A stretch of DNA of 45,944 nucleotides, taken from positions 4,648,985-4,694,928 of the forward strand of contig NC_068989.1 of assembly GCF_001194135.2 (NCBI RefSeq), given 5' to 3'. This document shows, in pieces, positions 34,226 through 45,944 of this stretch. The notes under the pieces are model-generated. The model was not told where the DNA came from. It made no database searches and saw only the letters and a list, made by a program, of their open reading frames with translations. Positions within the stretch are counted from its first letter, which is position 1; each line of letters begins with the position of its first letter. The position numbers and the translations under genes are program-made. This DNA is from Octopus bimaculoides. Taxonomy: Eukaryota.

Positions 34226-35496
34226 TTTATACGCAGACACGCAACACGGATGCTTCTGTTTTTTCGGAAAATTCCCCTTTGTATATTTTATAATATTGTA
34301 CGTAAACACAACGTAGTTGTTGTACAGTCTGACAGATGTGTGTGCGTGATATTTATATATATTTGGAGATATGTATATGCAGACATGAGACTGTATATGT
34401 ATATATGTATGTAATATATATCTATATGTATATACGCGTATATAAATGTACACATACATATGTAGTTGAAATATACAGATAAATATAGTTATGTGGGTAT
34501 GTATATATGTTTAGATAGATAGATAATATATACACGCAAATATATACATTTGTGTGCATGTGTATATACAGAAAGGCCTAATCTGTTTTATGTGCAGTAC
34601 TCCGCCAACAGGCATATTTCAGCCTGATTAGATCTTGTCTACTTCGACATCCCATGAGAATCAAAGACAATTTGGCAACTTCCTAATTACAAATCTAGAG
34701 TCACATTGGAATTCTAAGTTTTATTTAGAGCAACCCTAAATTTGAACAGTAATTATCTATAAAAAGAAACGTACGTGTCGGATATGTTATATATGGGTGT
34801 ATATATAAGACATATAGCGTATATATTATGTATATAGTGTATATGTACTGTATCTATGATCTCTGTGGAGTCTCATCGACTTGCATGTTTGTTTCACTAG
34901 CATACTGTTCTGTTGATGTGTGTATGTGTGTATTGCATGTCTGTGTATTTTTTTTTATATACGCGAGTGTACTGTGTATATATATGTGTACGCGTGTATG
35001 TGTTTGTGTAAAATTTAGTTTTCAAAGGTTATATCTGAATCTTGGATATTCAAACAAGCGCCAGAAAGCAGTTCCTGTAGCAATCGAAATTGCTGTACTT
35101 TCACAAATGAACATCAGTCTTACCAAGCTTTCTTTCATTCGTTATTAATTGATCATATACAGCAAACAAATTGAATTGCGTTATTACTGAGATGTCACAG
35201 AAAGTACATCGCTACGTGCAGGCACTTAAAAACAATATCGAGATGCACGTTCACGTGTGCAATCAGTTAAAACAAATAAACCGCCGAGCAACTTTCTAAA
35301 GTCTCTGACAAGTTTCTTCTAATTTCTAATTGGTCTTTTGCAAGACAAGTCTTTCATTTTCATTGCCTTGTCTGCTTGGTAATCTTTTCTTATTCTTATC
35401 TTTAACAGCACCTGTGTGTGTTGTGTGTGTGTGTGCGCCAAATAAATTGCATCACAAAATATTGCTGCACGACCAGGTTAAAAAGGGGGGGAAAAA

Positions 35497-35622
35497 AGCA
35501 CAGATATGGCTGTGTGGTTAAGAAATTCGCTTCGCAACCACGTGGTTTTGGATTTAGTCTCTCTGCGAGGTACTTTGGGGAAGTGCTACTCGCCTTGCGA
35601 GTGGATTTGGTAAACGGAAACT
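35497..35622 (+). mobile_element. SINE family B head, degenerate
   Basis: gcacagatatggctgtgtggttaag...caaccacgtgg...gagtggatttggtaaacggaaac. Confidence 0.65.
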
Positions 35623-36441
35623 CTGGATTATGCTTATATTATCAATCAGAGGCCTTCTAGCCATTACCATCCCGTTATTTTAGAAGTGTGTCAACGACAT
35701 TTTTCCATGTATCCTTTCATTTTCCGAGACGCTCAGGTATGATTCAAAGGAGGTTTGACTGCTATTTCTTGCTGGTTGAACATTAAAAACTCCCTCTTTT
35801 ATTCATCTTGTAGTGTACTTCATTTACTACTCTGTTGATGATACAGATAAAAAACGACCATAAAGCGCATCGAGTGGTAAAATCGGCAAAGTCGATCGTA
35901 GATCAAATCCCGTCACGGTCGATTTGCCTTTCATCTTCCGTGATTCATTAAAAAAATTAGTCCTTTAAGTATTAGGGACGTATGTGTGTAGATATATATA
36001 TATACACACACACACATACATACACAGGTTAATAGTAAAACCTAACTAAAATTTGTGGTCTTGATCTTATTTTAGAAATAATTAATATAATTGAGGTTAT
36101 ATTATTTTAGATTCGAACGTTTAATAAACGTACGTTAGGCTACCTATGCAAATATACCTTTACAGACACGCTGAAGGATAATTCTAGTAGTTTCGTTTCG
36201 ACTGGACATTACCGAGTTCAAGAATATTAATTTCACCTGCTCTGGAGAAGAAATAGAAAGAGAGATAGAGAGTGAGAACTACTAAAAAAATATGATGATC
36301 AACAGGCAGTGTTTATACATTTGTAGCTGCGGTGGCGCGCGTGTGTAATGTATGTATATTGTTTACAAACGAAAGAGGTGTAATTTATATTTTTATATTT
36401 ACTCTGAATCGGTTGCATTGGAATGAATCACTGAACTTACA

Positions 36442-36666
36442 TTGATGTGTGTGTGTGTGTATGTGTGTGTGTGTGAGATACACGTATGTATGTACATATG
36501 TATATGTATGTGTGTATATATATATGTATGTGTATATATATATATGTGTGTGTGTGTATATGTCTATGTATATATATCTATGTGTATATATATATATGCA
36601 TGTCTATGTAGATATATATATGTATATATATATATGTATATATATATATGTATATANNNNNNNNNN

Positions 36667-36701
<35 letters not shown>

Positions 36702-37280
36702 GTATATATATATATGTGTATATATATGTACGTATATATATATATATGTGTATATATATGTACGTATATATATGTATATATATGTACGTATATATATATA
36801 TATATGTACGTATATATATATATATATGTATATATGTATATATATATGTATATGTATATATATATATGTATATATATATATATGTATATGTATATATGTA
36901 TATGTATATATATATATATGTATATATATANNNNNNNNNNNNNNNNNNNNNNNNNNNNNNNNNNNNNNNNNNNNNNNNNNNNNNNNNNNNNNNNNNNNNN
37001 NNNNNNNNNNNNNNNNNNNNNNNNNNNNNNNNNNNNNNNNNNNNNTATGTATGTATATATATATGTGTGTATAGATATAGATATATATATTTATATATCT
37101 GTGATATATATGTATGTATGTATATATATATGTGTGTATAGATATAGATATATATATATTTATATATCTGTGATATATATATATGTATGTATGTATATAT
37201 ATATGTGCGTATAGATATAGATATATATATTTATATATCTGTGTATATATATCTGTATATATATATATATATGTATATAT
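36442..37280. repeat. (GT)/(AT) block with ~70-bp higher-order unit at 37046-37260
   Basis: ttatatatctgtg at 37091, 37160, 37231. Confidence 0.9.
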
Positions 37281-37584
37281 GTCTCAGTAGGCAGGTATAT
37301 ATTTGCTATTTCAATATACACTTGCATTCATACACACACACAAAAAAAGAAAAATCTCTTATAGAGATTTTCTCAAAAAAAAAAATTTGATTATTGTTGA
37401 ATTCTGCTCAACAAGTCATTGTTATCAACTTGCGGCTGATATCGATAGACTGCTAATAATGATTGTGCAGGAAGGAATGCTACAAGAAAATCATGTTAAC
37501 CTGAAAATTTCTTCGTGGTTGTTTGACCTGCTGCAAATAACACCCTACTATCAAATGACTTGTTGCACACTGTCATTTACTTAA

Positions 37585-37920
37585 TTCAGTCTCTGGATTG
37601 CGACAATACAGGGGCACTGCCTTGAAGTGTTTAGTTGAACAATTCACCGTAGTTATTTTTTAAAGTTTGGTACTTATTCTATCAATGTCTTTGGCTGTAC
37701 CGCTAAGCTATGGGGACGTGAACAAACCAACTCTGGTCGTCAGGCTTTGCTGGGAGCTTAAACACACTACAGGCTTCCACACGGTTTCCCTCTGCCAAGT
37801 TCATTTGTAAGGCATTGTTTTGCTTAGGGCTATAGTAGAAGACACTTAACCAAGATGCTGAGCAGTGGATCTGAAACCAAAACCACTTGGCAGCAAAACA
37901 AGCTTCTTGACCTTGCAACC
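37585..37920 (-). mobile_element. SINE family B, degenerate, near full length
   Basis: ggtacttattctatc...ccgctaag.tatggggacgt...gggctatagtagaagacactt..ccaag. Confidence 0.7.
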
Positions 37921-38250
37921 CTCTATATACTGTACTTGACCATATGTTTTTTGTGTATACCATTGTAAAGTCACCTAATTAGTGAATAGCCTTCATACAC
38001 TGTACATACATAAATATATCCTCACAGTGGTGCTACTATAGTGTGTGGCCTACTGCACTCTCCGTAGTCTATTCTGTGAAATGACTTGATCTCGCTAAAG
38101 TGACACCCTCACTGTTGTATGATCTAGTAAAATTGTGCCAAGGAGGTCTAGTAGTATATCCCTGGAACTATCACCACAGTTATCAAAGATCAGACTCACT
38201 CCCCATTGCATCATCATTTTAATGTCCACATTTTCATGCATGCATGCATT

Positions 38251-38368
38251 AGAGACCGATAGAATAACTACTAGGCTTACAACGAATTAGTCGATTTGCT
38301 CGACTAAAGGCGGTGCTCCAGCATGGCCGCAGTCAAATGACTGAAACAAGTAAAAGAGTAAAAAGAGT
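38251..38368 (+). mobile_element. SINE family B 3' end with (gtaaaaga)n-type tail
   Basis: gagaccgatagaataactactaggcttac...ggcggtgctccagcatggccgcagtcaaatgactgaaacaagtaaaagag. Confidence 0.85.
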
Positions 38369-38386
38369 ATATATATATATATGCAT

Positions 38387-38537
38387 CTCACCACCACTGC
38401 TTGACAAGTTAGCAATTCAGCAAGAGAGGCCAGTAGAATAAGTAGCACACTTAAAAATATGTATTGGGGTTGATTTGTTCAACTAAATTCTTCAAGGCGG
38501 TGTCTCGGCATGGCTGCAGTCCAATAACTGAAAAAAG
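38387..38537 (+). mobile_element. SINE family B 3' half, degenerate
   Basis: gcttgacaa...gtagaataagta...tggggttgatttgttc...caaggcggtg..cggcatggctgcagtc. Confidence 0.65.
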
Positions 38538-38907
38538 AAATACACATGCACACACACACACACACACTAGTGTGCGCACGCAGTGTAATTTCTAACAAAA
38601 GCATGAACCCACTAATTTTAGGCAAGGGTGTAGTCTGTCAAAATGGTGCTGCATAATACTTGACTAGTTCTTGTTTTATTGACTCCATAGTGGGAGTGTG
38701 TATTCATACATAAAGAACATAAACACATGTGATAAATTGAACGTGACGTACCTATTACTCTGAGATTCTTGCTGGGAACAGTCTTTGATGAAAGCATGTA
38801 TTAATTATATTACATTGAATCTGCCAGCTTGAGGTATACATCTGTATACACTGTTACCTTTTAGCATTGAGTATTTTTTTTTTTTTACTAACCCCATGCA
38901 GCTTCAT

Positions 38908-39059
38908 AATAATAATGGTTTCTGCTTTAGGTGCAAAGCCAGTTCTTTTTAAGGGAGGGTATCAGTCAGTTTCATCGATCCCAGGACTTGACTGGGTTTT
39001 CATTCTATTGACCCTGAAAGAATGAAGGGCAAAGTCAACCTTTGATTTGAACTCAGAAT
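38908..39059 (-). mobile_element. SINE family A, degenerate
   Basis: gaccctgaaagaatgaagggcaaagtcaacc...atttgaactcagaat. Confidence 0.65.
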
Positions 39060-39098
39060 ATATAGAATCACACACACACACAAACACATATATTTTTA

Positions 39099-39880
39099 TT
39101 GGCAGTGAATTGGTTGATGTAAAGAACGACAGAAGAATATAAACGAGGTATAGAATGGAACACAACTCAACTAGATGATTTAGATGACATTTGTTTGTTC
39201 TCATACACACCTCAAGAGTTACAAGATAAATCTGAAAGAATTAGTCAAATAGCCAACACATTAGGTTCCAAAGTCAACGAGAGGAAAACATACACTCTTT
39301 GTAAAAATATAACAGATGCTGACCGTGTGAATTTAACTACCTTGGCATCAAAATAATTGAATTTAACTATCTAGGTACCAAAATAACAATGGATGGAGGC
39401 TGCATTCATGAAATAAATACAAGAATCAGCATAGCTAACCAATCATTCGGGATGTTAAACTCAATATGGAAATCATCAATACTCAGTAATAGCACCAAAA
39501 TATGATTTTACAAAAGCAACATATGTAGCATATTCCTCTATGGATCCAAATATTGGAAAACAACCAAAAGTATTGAAAAGAAATTGGAGGTGTTTCAAAA
39601 TAAACATTTACGAAACATTTTGAAGAATTACTGGCCGAATATGATCTCGAATAACCAACTACACATTAAGGCTAATGTGAGACCAATAAGAGAAACTATC
39701 GAAGCAAGGAGATAGAAATGGCTGGGTTAAGTTTGTCACTATAAACCAAACTCAGTTGTCAGGATTGCTTTGCAATGGGTCCCACAAGGTAAAAGAAAAT
39801 GTGGTCAACTAAAGGAAGTGTAGCAGAGAACAATAACAAAAGATCTTAAAAGCAGAGGATTAACAATGGAACAAGGGATA
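39099..39880 (+). mobile_element. Decayed RTE-clade LINE reverse transcriptase, C-terminal half
   Basis: GIEW..TQLDDLD-DICL; FNYLGTKIT.DGG...EINTRISIANQSFGMLNSIWKS; FLYGSKYW..TK....KLEVFQNKHLRNIL..YWPN.ISN..L; KWLG; IALQW.PQGKRK.G; with stops and a frameshift. Confidence 0.9.
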
Positions 39881-40874
39881 TGTGGATGAGGTTTGAAATG
39901 GGAATAATAATTGATGCCAAAAATTCTGAAAGGTACTGTTAAATTGGATAACAGTACAGGATGTGAACTTAAGTGATTGAAGAACTGATATTATTAGATT
40001 TTGTTGTTTATGTGATTGCCTGCAGAAATGTTAATAAACTTAACGGATCAGTTTGGTCATAAACACTATTGTAATGACTTTAACACTTCATGCCTTGTTT
40101 GGCAATGCAGCAGAAATTAACTTGCACTTTGGAAACAGTGGAGAAGTGGTGAAAACAAAGGCTCATTAAACTTTGGTTGCTGTAAAGAGTGAAGCAGTAT
40201 AAAGTTTTAGACGAATGTGTTTTAGGTAATGAAAGGACATTAGAAATTGCAAACAAATGGGTAGGTTAAAAGGTGCAAACAAGAATTACATGAGCTGATT
40301 GCAGTGATTGAGAGATGTAAAGTATGAGGTGGGGAAGACCAAAAGGGAAATTGTTGGTGTAAGTGGTGGGCGTGGTGAGAAGAGCTGGCAGTGTTGTGAG
40401 TTAACCAATAGTTTCTGTTTAGTGTTGTGTGTTTGTGTACACACCTACATCTCTTTCACTAATTCATTCATCACTGATGCGCTAATTGTGAAATGCATTA
40501 TGCTTATCCCAAATTGATCTAGCATGACATGGGTTAACAATTAGTCGAAGATTCTACTTGGACTACAAAAAGCATGCCCCAGCAATTACCCACAGTGCTC
40601 AGAACAACTTGGGGCTTTGGAACAAAAACTATTTTTTCAATGTTCTATCATTTATTTATCATTAATTCATTTAACATAGCATGTCTTTGTTTTTTTTTAA
40701 CAAACCCTAAACCTGTGATAAACGAGGATATATAATTTCTAGTTAGATAGCTGGTCAGTGTGGTGTAGTATCTTGTTGGCAGAGAAATGGAAAGATAAGA
40801 GATTGAAATAATCACATTATGTGATAATAATTTAGTTTAGGCTGCTGTCACAGATCATGTGACAACAACAGCTA

Positions 40875-41340
40875 CACTGCATATTGCATCACAGGAGTAA
40901 ATGTTGAGCAAAACCACATTTTCTATGAGGTCTTCTTACAGATTACTTCTGTCATGGCTGGTCACTTCAATGGACATATGGTGGCTAATGTTATGTAAAT
41001 TACTCCAATATGCATGGAGGCTAAGAATATAGTACAAGAAGTGAATTGTGGTCAAGGTTCTTAGATTATTTGTAACACAGAAATCTATGTGCAATACCGA
41101 CTTCAGGAAACTTGACAGTCACCTGATCACACCGACAATTCAGGCAACCACATAAGGCAGGTAGATTTTATACTAACTAGGAAACAGGTTAGACAACTAG
41201 TGAATACTAAGAATTTGCCTAGTGAAGAATGTACCTCTCAATGTTAACTGGGGTTTAGTGACATCTGAATAAGAGTTAGATGGGAGAATCGAAGACACAA
41301 GACGATTCAGGGAAGGAAGGTACAGAGGGTAACAAACTTA
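40875..41340 (+). mobile_element. Decayed RTE-clade LINE APE endonuclease fragment
   Basis: MAGHFNGH (GDFNGH motif, 40954), CNTDFRKLDSHLIT, QVDFILTRK...NTKNLPSEECTSQ; frameshifts. Confidence 0.8.
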
Positions 41341-41628
41341 TGACATAGAAAACAACTGAGAATTTCTAATGAGGCAACCTACTGCAAGCCACAGACCAGA
41401 AATATTGATAGAGCAGGAATTTAGCCAGATGGAAGGTGAGATCGTGGTAGAGCTGTATAATAATAGAAAGAATTAAATAAGCTTGAAATATTGGTAGAAA
41501 TGGGAGTCTGCTATAAGAGGAATACATGAGATATACATAGCACAGCTGGAGTATGAAGATTAAACTAATAAAGACGCAGTAATAAAGTCACGATTTTGGC
41601 TAGGAAAAAAAGTCATAATTAATATATG

Positions 41629-41743
41629 GGATCCGGACAAAACCCCGCTAGGACAACCTCCCCTCTGACCCCCACCCCAGACAAAACCCCTGTGATTCTT
41701 TTCCTGTGACTTTTTCCGTGACTTTTTTTTTGTACCTGGATCC
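41629..41743. mobile_element. Unclassified small element with GGATCC at both ends and subterminal repeats
   Basis: GGATCC 41629-34 and 41738-43; (g/a)gacaaaacccc-like x3 on left, gtgacttttt-like x3 on right. Confidence 0.3.
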
Positions 41744-41754
41744 GTGTGTATATA

Positions 41755-41805
<51 letters not shown>

Positions 41806-41865
41806 GTGCACGTGTGTATATATACACGTGTGTGTTTATATGTATATATTCACACNNNNNNNNNN

Positions 41866-41907
<42 letters not shown>

Positions 41908-42341
41908 TGTGTGTGTATTACACATATACTTATTTCAAAACTTCCACTGGCTATATGTCTTAAACTCATTTCCCCCACACATATTGATTATTCAGCGCTC
42001 TGACTCAAAAACCTCAATTCATATTCCCAATGTCTTCTTTTTAAGCCTGGCAGTTCTCAGTTAGGGCTTGCTGTACCCATGGAAACACAAGCAACATCGC
42101 TTACTCACTCATGCTCAACATGCGTCTAAACGCAGTCCCGCATTCACGCGATTAGGAACGCACACATCCATAATACTTTATATCGTGTCTTTCGCTTGAA
42201 ATATACTTGGACACGCTACAGAGGATTCACCGTCTTATTTTATCTCTTAAAGGCTGCATGCTGGATCATACTAGCATGAGCTTGTTATTAACAATGTGTG
42301 TGTGCTGCAGTGATATATGTTAAATACATGTGTGTGAAAAT

Positions 42342-42385
<44 letters not shown>

Positions 42386-42699
42386 CATACAATTAAAAGG
42401 GTAAAGGTTTATCAATTTATCAATTTATTAATAAATCAACAATTAATAATTTTTACCAAGCCCTTCGGTATGTAAACACCATTATCGGTGGAGAACTTAT
42501 TTAAAAGTTCTTATACATTTATAAACATAATTAAGGGATCAGCAAACATTTGCTATTCTGTTGGAGTCTCAGCTTTTTTAGCTGCTATTTCTGAACTTCG
42601 GTATATGGTGAAGCAAATGTTTGCTGATCCCTTAATTATGTTTATATATATATATATATATATGCATACATACATACCCACATGCAAATTTATTCTGTG

Positions 42700-42865
42700 T
42701 TTGCACCCGTATCATGCTTTTAAACTTCGCCCCCGCAACTACACGATTTCTGGTTCGGTCTTACCACACAGCACTTCTGGTGTCTTCTATCAATCTATCA
42801 TAGGCTCGAGTCAGGCCAAAGCCTTATGGGTGAAATTTAGTAGATGGAAACTAGAGGAGCCCTGG
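42700..42865 (+). mobile_element. SINE family B head and body, highly degenerate
   Basis: tctggttcggtcttaccacacagcac...ggccaaagccttatgggtg.aattt.gtagatggaaact. Confidence 0.5.
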
Positions 42866-43946
42866 AAGCAGGAAATGTTCCCCATTTGCGATAGTAGACT
42901 GAATCAGTCACTCAGTTTACGAAGGTGGTAAACCGAGTGTCGTTGGGTACCCCTAGGAGAGTTCGCTCTTGTAAGCATCACCAGTCATAGGACACCCTAA
43001 AAAGGGCCGGGTTGCTTCCTGTTCTCCTCATTAATGCATTTTCGTTTTAGTAGTTTTTTAAGGCATTAGATAGCAGCTGCGTAAGGGATGTGAAATTATA
43101 TGAACCAGAGACGAAAAGTGTGGGATGGCTGGTGGTAGTGATTGGTAATAAATATTCCTTTTTATCTACATCTTCCCCCTCTCCTTTTTTCTTTTTGTCC
43201 CCTCGTTCCCTTCCCTCATTCAATATCGCCTCTTCCTGTACCCCATGAACTTCGTTTGTCAACGTTATTATTATTGTCTAATAACATGCTAAGGTTATAA
43301 ACGGGGTTGTCGGTTGACTTTCATTAGCTTAAAAGTTCAAAGGGAACTTCATCGCCTCATTATCTGTTGGTCTTTAATTTTCTATATCGTTGTGGTGACC
43401 TTGATGGGGGTTCGCATTTGACCTCGTATTTTTCCTTTTCGCTTTAACATTTCATTTTTACTCTTTCATTTTCGAATAGTTTCCCATTTTATGATGCATG
43501 ATTGGCTTTTAAAAGAAAGCGTGTTTTACTTGCGCATACACATACACACGTACGCAAACATCATTATGGCTTTAGCTGTGCTGGTTAAAGCGAAAGAACC
43601 GAAGCATTTGGTTTGTACAAACAAACATAAAATAAATTTATGTACTCGTTATACGCATGCATGCAATAAACACTGCATTTTCATTTACGGTAAATTTCAT
43701 AGGCTAACGTACAACCGGTCCACAAAATTTTGTAAAGTTTACATAAAAAAAGGCTCTTTTTAAAGTTAAAAATCCAGAAACAAAAATAGAACAACTTTTG
43801 CTTACTTTAACCTTGTTCAAGTTAACAATATGATGAATAACATTTTCTTTTCAAGACACCCAATTATTATCATGGATTTTCTAAAGCCTTAAACATTTTA
43901 TGAAAGAACTCTCGTGGTGAATCAGTGCACCGTGACGCACTGTTTA

Positions 43947-44100
43947 AAAGCTATTGCCTTATCGCGTTGGATAAAATGCTTTGCGGTACTTGTTCCGGTT
44001 CTCTGCTTTTCGAGTTCAAATCTCACTGAGGTCAACTTAGCCTTTCATCCTTTCGACTTCGGTAAAGAAAGTACCAATCAGAGCAATGGAGCGACTGAAT
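43947..44100 (+). mobile_element. SINE family A, degenerate
   Basis: aaatgctttgcggta...gagttcaaatc...gaggtcaacttagcctttcatcctttcg...aagtacc. Confidence 0.7.
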
Positions 44101-44166
44101 TGTTAGATCGTCGAACGAGGTATCTTGTGTCTGTTCTGGCTCTGTGTTATGAATGTATACATATAC

Positions 44167-44550
44167 AGGCGCAGGAGTGGCTGTGTTGTAAGTAGCTTGC
44201 TTACTAACCACATGGTCCCGGGTTCAGTCCCATTGATGGCGCTTTCGGCACCTCTAGCCTCGGGCCGGTCAAAGCCTTGTGAGTGGATTTGGTAGACGGA
44301 AACTGAAAGAAGCCTGTCGTATATATATATATGTATGTATGTATGTGTGTCTGTGTTTGTCCCCCTCCCACACACACACCATCGCTTGACAACCGATGTT
44401 GGTGTCTTTACGTCCACTTAATTTAGCGGTTCGGCAAAAGTGGCCGAGAGAATAAGTACTCGGCTTACAAAGAATAAGTCCTGGGGTCGATTTGTTCGAT
44501 TAAAGGCGGTACTCCAGCATGGCCGCAGTCAAATGACTGAAAAGAATAGG
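44167..44550 (+). mobile_element. SINE family B, full length, with internal microsatellite
   Basis: A-box-like tggctgtgttg, B-box-like gggttcagtccc; internal (AT)n(ATGT)n(GT)n about 44319-44350; 3' end gcatggccgcagtcaaatgactgaaaag. Confidence 0.92.
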
Positions 44551-45249
44551 TGTCTAGTTTCCATAAAATGTTCGTGTGTCTATGCTCATAGTATGGAGTC
44601 ATTTTTATTTTATTCAACATGGCAACATGCCCGCCACTTTTCAAGCTGCGACCCATCCCACCACGAGAACTACTGATTAAAGTGAGATAATAAAAAAAAT
44701 AATGATAATAAAAAGCTATACCTTTCAATAAATAGTCATAAGACTAGAACAAGGTACAATAAATGAAGATTTGGCAACACCGTAAAGAATGTGATACAGA
44801 GAAAACTGCTAAAAGAATAAGAAAGAATATGTAAAACAAGCGAGCAGGCTAACCAGATTAAATTAAATGTTTTCTGATCGTCCAGAAAATTGTAATTACC
44901 AGTGGGGCCAGATAAAGCGACAGTTGCGAGGTTTAGACTCTTTGACTGAGAACCTGAAGGAAGAATACGGAGTGAGGAGATGGTCTTTAGAGAAGAGATA
45001 TGAAGCAGAAGATTGATACACGAATCGTATGGAATGATGTGACGATTTCAATTTTCCGGAGCGATCGATTGAAATCTTTTGCGCAGGTGTTTTACAGTAA
45101 CAATGATGCATCCTGTCTGTGGAATGTTGTGGGGTGGAAGTTGTTTTGAAATTGCCTTGTGGCTGTATTGAATTATAAATTAGCAAGGAGCTATTTGGAA
45201 ATAAAATTACTTCTCGATCAATGATGCTTTCCACATGTTTCACACCATC

Positions 45250-45598
45250 TATCTTTTACTAGTTTCAGTCATCGGGCTGCGGCCTTCCTGGAGCATCGCT
45301 TTGAAGGATTTAGTCGAATTAATCGACCCCGGTACTTATTCTATCGGTCTATGTTGCCGAACCTCTAAGTTACGGCAATGTAATCAAACACAGGTTGTCA
45401 AGCGATGGTGGAGACCAAGACACAAACACACATATACGACAGAATGCCACACAGTTTCTGTCCATTAAAATCATGGTATTGTTCGACCCTAGGCTACAGT
45501 AGGTAGAAGGCACTCAAGATGCCGCTCAGTGGAGCTGAACCCGAAATCACGTTGTTGCAAAATGAGCTTCTTAACCATACAGCCATGCCTGCGCACAT
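45250..45598 (-). mobile_element. SINE family B, degenerate, near full length
   Basis: Reverse complement colinear with 44167-44550. Confidence 0.75.
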
Positions 45599-45628
45599 AA
45601 AATTATTTTCAACAAGTTGGTACCCATA

Positions 45629-45944
45629 TTGTTGTTGTTGTTGTTGGCACTCCGTCGCTTACGACGACGAGGGTTCCAGTTGATCCGATCAACGGAACAG
45701 CCTGCTCGTGAAATTAACGTGCAAGTGGCTGAGCACTCCACAGACACGTGTACCCTCAACGTAGTTCTCGGGGATATTCAGCGTGGCACAGTGCGACAAG
45801 GCTGACCCTTTGAATTACAGGTACAACAGAAACAAGAAGAAAGAAAGAGTGAGAGAAAGTTGTGGTGAAAGAGTACAGCAGGGTTCGCCACCATCCCCTG
45901 CCGGAGCCTCGTGGAGCTTTTAGGTGTTTTCGCTCAATAAACAC
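45629..45944 (-). mobile_element. SINE family C, young copy, head beyond window edge
   Basis: Near-identical reverse complement of 4990-5308; (TTG)n tail at 45629-45646. Confidence 0.92.

Noticed and set aside
42488-42931. 147-aa plus-strand ORF
   Set aside because: It runs through an (AT)n tract and a decayed SINE B.
44896-45243. 115-aa minus-strand ORF in non-repetitive DNA
   Set aside because: No recognisable motif, non-ATG start, and a length compatible with chance.

Overview
Eukaryotic, repeat-saturated, apparently intergenic or intronic DNA. The SINE families, microsatellite density and gap pattern are most consistent with an Octopus (coleoid cephalopod) short-read assembly; this is recognition from memory, not a database result. 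About 3.9 kb is N-gap, almost always flanked by microsatellites. No host protein-coding gene, real tRNA, rRNA or CRISPR array is supported, and nearly all ORF-track ORFs are translations of simple repeats or SINEs. Recognisable content: about 30 copies or fragments of tRNA-derived SINEs (labelled A, B, C, C2 here, plus a tail family D); decayed LINE pieces (Tx1/L1-like endonuclease and C-terminus, RTE-clade RT and endonuclease); decayed Tigger/pogo and hAT transposase fragments; several MITEs and hairpins; and a 28-bp minisatellite. The most interesting signal is two minimal type-I hammerhead ribozyme motifs with palindromic stem III, the Penelope/retrozyme architecture. One (20762-20808, minus strand) has a fully canonical core. 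It lies downstream of a TATA-like box inside a 306-bp unit bounded by a 41/42-identical direct repeat, making it a candidate cephalopod non-LTR retrozyme or Penelope-derived mobile ribozyme. The other (9079-9114, plus strand) has a one-nucleotide core insertion. All coordinates were counted by hand and boundaries of decayed elements are approximate.
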